Shown here: piece after piece, positions 58,698 through 64,000 of the stretch
Layout: every line of letters starts with the position of its first letter
How positions within the stretch are numbered: the stretch's first letter is position 1
Assembly (NCBI RefSeq): GCF_009914755.1
Contig: NC_060934.1
DNA length: 64,000 nt
Source: the human T2T-CHM13v2.0 reference genome, Homo sapiens
Reading direction: 5' to 3' (one strand)
Notes under the pieces: generated by a model
The model's input: the letters and a program-made list of their open reading frames with translations, nothing else
Told to the model about the DNA's origin: nothing
The model's database searches: none
Translations under genes and position numbers: made by a program

Positions 58698-60792
58698 CTG
58701 AAAAGAGAAATAATAAGTGCCACAAAATCACATAATCAAAATGGTCATTTGAAGCTCAGAATCAGATCATCCATCCATCTAACCAACCATCCCATTTACC
58801 ATACATCCATGCACCACTCCAACCACCCATTGTATCTATACCTACCCAACATCTTCCATCCCCCAAATATCTAGTGTCCACTAAGTGTAAAACAGCCTTC
58901 AAGTTAGTAAAGACCACCTTCATTTTAGGTATAATCTAATTTGGTCTTTGTCATTACAGAGCTTACAATTTATATAGAGGGCATGAGATCCTTCCATTAA
59001 TTACCATAAAAAGAGAATCTTTTAACAGCCATAAAAAATGAAGAGACAAAATAGTATGAGATTCTAGAAGGTGGAGAGACTATGCTGAACTTTGAATCAT
59101 GAATGACTCCAAAAAGAAAACAGTGCCTGAAGCAAAGATGGATAGGCTATGAACAGTAGGTAGATGTTCAAGACGTTAAAGAATATTTCAAGCCTGAGTA
59201 ACAGCAATAACAAAGAAAAAGAAGCAGAAAAGCTGAGCAGCACAGTATGTCATCAGAAAAGACTGAAGAGGAGAAATGGGATATGAAGCCAGGAGAGAAG
59301 GTCAAGTCAAGCTGGGAGGATTTTGAAAAAGTAGGTTGGCATCTCTTAGTCATTCTCCATTTGAGACCTTGGTCTCAGTTGTATAGAAAAAGTATGTGAA
59401 ATTATCCAAATACCCGCCAGACAACTGACCCAGTATCTCTACCAGGATATTATCAGAATCAGAAATATTCAATATAAAAGTCACACTTGTAGACAAAATG
59501 CACTAGTAGTAAAAATTTAACTGAAAATGTAAGGGACTTGTTTGTGCAGAAACCTCATTCAAATTATCTGATTGAAATATCAACAGTTTTCAAGAAAAAA
59601 GGATAATAAATCTTATATGAATTTTGTTTAAAATAGTTCTTGTACTGAATTGTCAAAAAATATAAGTTTGTGTTTGAGCCCACATTTCTTTTCATATCTC
59701 AGGAAGATTACTTTCTAATCTTATCAACTTGAGTTTCTGGAATCACCAGTGTATCTCTGTTATTACTTTTATTCTGCTCTGTAAGTTTCAGCCAGCAGAC
59801 ATTCAGACACCTACAGATACAATGATTAAATTTATATAGGATGGAGTAAATGACAAAGTGAAAATGAAACTCAGGAATAAAAACAGCCAGAACGCTGGTG
59901 AAATAAAACAGCAGATCACAATGGGATATTTTCTTTACTGCCAACAAAGTAAAACTCTCAAGGTGCACTAATAGTAACAAATGATTGGTTTTGCATAAAA
60001 ATTTCATGTAAAGCTTTCAAAAAAAGGAGTTTTGACTTTATAATGTTCTATAGGACTAAAGAAGACAGCCCCTATTAGAAGAAATATCAGGCCTAGACTC
60101 TTGGCTTTTATTTGTCCAAGAGGAAGACTAGAACAGATATAATTAAATGCTGTGGATGTTCCAGAACAGCATAGTACAACACTCAGATGATGTAAGACAG
60201 GGTAAACCAGGAGTGCAAAACCAGTTTTCCATGAAAGTCTTCCCGATAACTGCAGCCTATCAGGCTCTCCTCTCCTCTAATCCACAACAATTTGTTTCAC
60301 TATGCACAATCTTGTATTATCTATTTCAGGTACATACAATTATATCTCTCTAAGAATACACTCTATAAATAAAGATAACTGATTAAGTACTGTTTCGCAT
60401 CTTTTGTGAAACCTAGCATAGAATCTAAACAAGATAATAAATAGAAGCTTGCAATATCAAGTAATGCTTTTTTGTTGGGACATGAAAGATATCACTTTAC
60501 TATTTTACTCAGAGCAATGCCAGGAGTATGTGGGCTGGATTATCAACCACATAATCTGAATAATGTTGTGAGCATCTGTATGGCATTCCAAGAAGTAGAC
60601 TACTGCTTGCGGATTATCCCTAGACATATGAGCTTAACAGAGGACTTTCTGCACCACCAAACAGAGGAGGACATCCCTAGCCAGGAGAGCACCCAACTTT
60701 CAATCTTAAGCCAGTTGCTTGCCACTGCTGGAAGATTTTGAGTTATTTGCCACCTGACCTAAGGATTATTTGGTAAGGGGTAGTTGCCATTA

Positions 60793-61155
<363 letters not shown>

Positions 61156-62199
61156 AAGAAAAGATGTCATTTTTCCATTGGCTACCTCAGCATGCCTCTG
61201 TTGCTATGGCTTTCAGAGGGCTGAGATACATTAATCTGAGGAAAAAAGACACCAGTTCACTCAGTAACAGCAACATTAGAAATGATCTTTTGGTGTACTT
61301 TTTTCTCCACTCTCACATTTGTAGTACTGGATTGCCCCCAGCTGGTATAAGGAAAATATTCTGTGGCTTTTTTCTTTCATTTTCTTCAAGGAAGTAACAT
61401 AGTCTACACAAATATTTAAGGAAAAAACAGTGTGAAGTGATTCATCTTCACTTTTTTAACTTAAGCTGTTGTACTGACCAGTTTTGGACATTTGTCCAAG
61501 TTAAGTCATAAATAATTAATATAGTTTATATTAGTATATTTTATTATAATGCTTATCAAACCCCTCCAAGTTTCTGAAGGACACAGGACAAAGCTCTCCA
61601 GTCCTTATGCACATTTTGCCCAGGCTGGGGGCACATCATAGGCCCCTCTCTTCATTTCTCTTGTCTTCTGCCTTCTTTTCTCTCATTAGCAAATATGTGC
61701 TGAGTACCTACATATGCTAATAGTCACAATACTTATCTCCAAGTCAATAGAGTCAAAGCACAGCCTGTTCCAAAGGCAGTTCTCTATTTTCCTGACCTTT
61801 CCACATTAAGAAAATGTAGAAATGTACACCCAAACCACCAATGCCAGCAGCTGACCTACAGAGGACAGAATGACCAGCACACATGCTTGGAAGCTGCCCT
61901 TTGCATCCTCACACATAGTCACAGGCCATGGCATATCATCAATTGGTAAATTCTAGGAGCAACTAGACTGTTAGTCTGTAATCTTTTCTGGGTCAGGTAC
62001 AAAGTTTGGGGATCTGATGCAAATGAAAGACCAAGAAAAAGTGCACAGAGACAACCATACAGAGTTTTTCACTTAATTTCAGGGAGTCTGCAAACCCCGA
62101 AACCCATAAGTGGACCTCTAGTTACTAGTTACCTTTCTTTGCCTGATTCTTTTAACCAATAAAATACTTTGGCTATTCCAAGTGTTCAATAAATGTCTG

Positions 62200-62450
62200 C
62201 TGAATTTAACTGATCCATTATTATTGTTTACTTCAAATATTTATCATTTATTCCTCTTGTCTAACTGAAACATTGTACCCTTTGACCAATATCTCCCTAT
62301 TTCCCCCAACTTCTAGCCTCCAGTGACTACCATTCTGTCTCTGCTTCCATGAGTTTGATTGTTTTAGGTTCCACATAGAAGACAGAAATGCAGACTTGGT
62401 CTTTTTGTACCTGGCTTATTTCACTTAGCATAATGTTCTCCAGCTGATCC
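62200..62450 (-). mobile_element. L1MA/MB 3' fragment
   Basis: tctaactgaaac..gtaccctttgaccaa..tggcttatttcacttagcataatg. Confidence 0.78.
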
Positions 62451-62912
62451 ATTAATTATCTACTGTGTTTCTAGCATTGTGGATCCCACTGGGGAATTAC
62501 CATAAAATGGAAGACATTTCCCCACCATGTAATAAATCAACTTTAAAAGCTGTTATATTACTTAAGGGTCAACCAGCTTCAAATCCCAATTCTTTCTCCT
62601 CAGCCTCTGTATCAACTGCCTTTAGATGCTATCTTCATGGTACCTTTATCTCCATGGTATCTAATCTGAATATTGTACTGAAAGGACAGATCAGAGCTTT
62701 TGTAAAGAACAAGCTCCCAAATAGTATCCCCAACACTCTCCCTCCCGAAATACATACTCATTTGTATAATTTCTTTCTTTGAGTTGGAACTCAAATTTAT
62801 TACATCTTCAATAAAGAGTCAACGGCAAAGAGGAAGGAGGCCCCTGGATCAACTGGCTGGGTATGGGGAATTCAGCTCCAGCCCAAATCAGCAAAATATA
62901 TAGAGTCACAGA

Positions 62913-62972
62913 CAATGGAAGAAAGGTGAAAAACAGATTCTCCAATGGAAGAAAGGTGAAAAACAGATTCTC
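62913..62972. repeat. Perfect 30-bp tandem duplication
   Basis: caatggaagaaaggtgaaaaacagattctc x2. Confidence 0.97.
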
Positions 62973-63016
62973 CTGGGGCAGCTGTCTGCTCAGCTCCAGT
63001 AGCAAACTGCCAGATA

Positions 63017-63398
<382 letters not shown>

Positions 63399-64000
63399 TC
63401 ACAGGCTCAGTTCAGCTCACATCTTGCCCCTTGGGAGCCCAATCCTGAGGCATTGGACGCAGGTGGACCATGACCTGTAATATTCTATCTAATTGTACAA
63501 TGCAGTCTTCAGAGGAAAGAAATCCCAGCTGGGCCCTCCAGGCAATCAGTCTAAAAGTCCTAAAAATATAGCCCAAATTACCCTAGATGTTTTATTTCTA
63601 TAGCATAGATTTTTACCAGGAACACTGCATTCGGGCTGCAATTCTGAACTTATTCCACATCTGTAACAGCCCTGCTGAAAAAATCTCTTTTCTAATCACT
63701 AGGCTGTGCTTTCAGTGACACTGTCACTTTCCAAGTACTCACAATCGAAATCACTTTTTATCTCATCTCTGCCACCAGCTCCCAAGCCTAAAGAAGGTTT
63801 TTAACAGTCTTCGTCTCCTGTAGCTCAAAGATTTTCTTTCCTATTTAGTGCCTTTGGCAGATTTTTGTAAAGTGATTTTGGTCTCTCCTCCCTGCTTCCC
63901 TTTGTCATTTTCCCCTTCTCACCTGCAGCCTGCTTTCTGAAGCTCAGGTTGAAACTACATTAAACAACAGGGTTAACTAAGAAGGAAGGCTGGAAAACTC

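Overview
Primate (almost certainly human) genomic DNA from inside SORCS1, a VPS10P-domain receptor gene, on the minus strand. Nine consecutive internal coding exons (58697 down to 8151; 103, 77, 92, 108, 118, 131, 114, 172 and 187 nt) all have GT-AG boundaries and splice into one continuous open frame. They encode the C-terminal VPS10P beta-propeller, the 10CC module and the first PKD domain (PYCSLHLHLKVSENPY...SAVLYLHVT). From memory these are about exons 11-19; the numbering is not verified, so they are labelled A-I in transcript order. The rest is intron containing about 24 Alu/monomer copies, five solo LTRs (THE1, LTR1-like, MLT2, MLT1A, LTR54-like), L1/L2/MIR and hAT-Charlie relics, and microsatellites. 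I found no new protein-coding system; the other ORF-track entries are repeat-derived or chance. The most interesting signals are at RNA level. (1) The exon A donor is immediately followed by its own reverse complement, which matches the U1 snRNA 5' end. (2) The A-B junction re-creates a 5' splice site. (3) Skipping the in-frame exon D creates a junction TGA. (4) There is a 57-nt pre-miRNA-like hairpin. (5) Inverted Alus flank a stop-free exon circle. (6) A perfect TACTAAC branch point precedes the PKD exon. (7) Two antisense LTRs retain promoter elements. All functional claims are untested hypotheses, and repeat subfamily names come from recalled consensus sequences.
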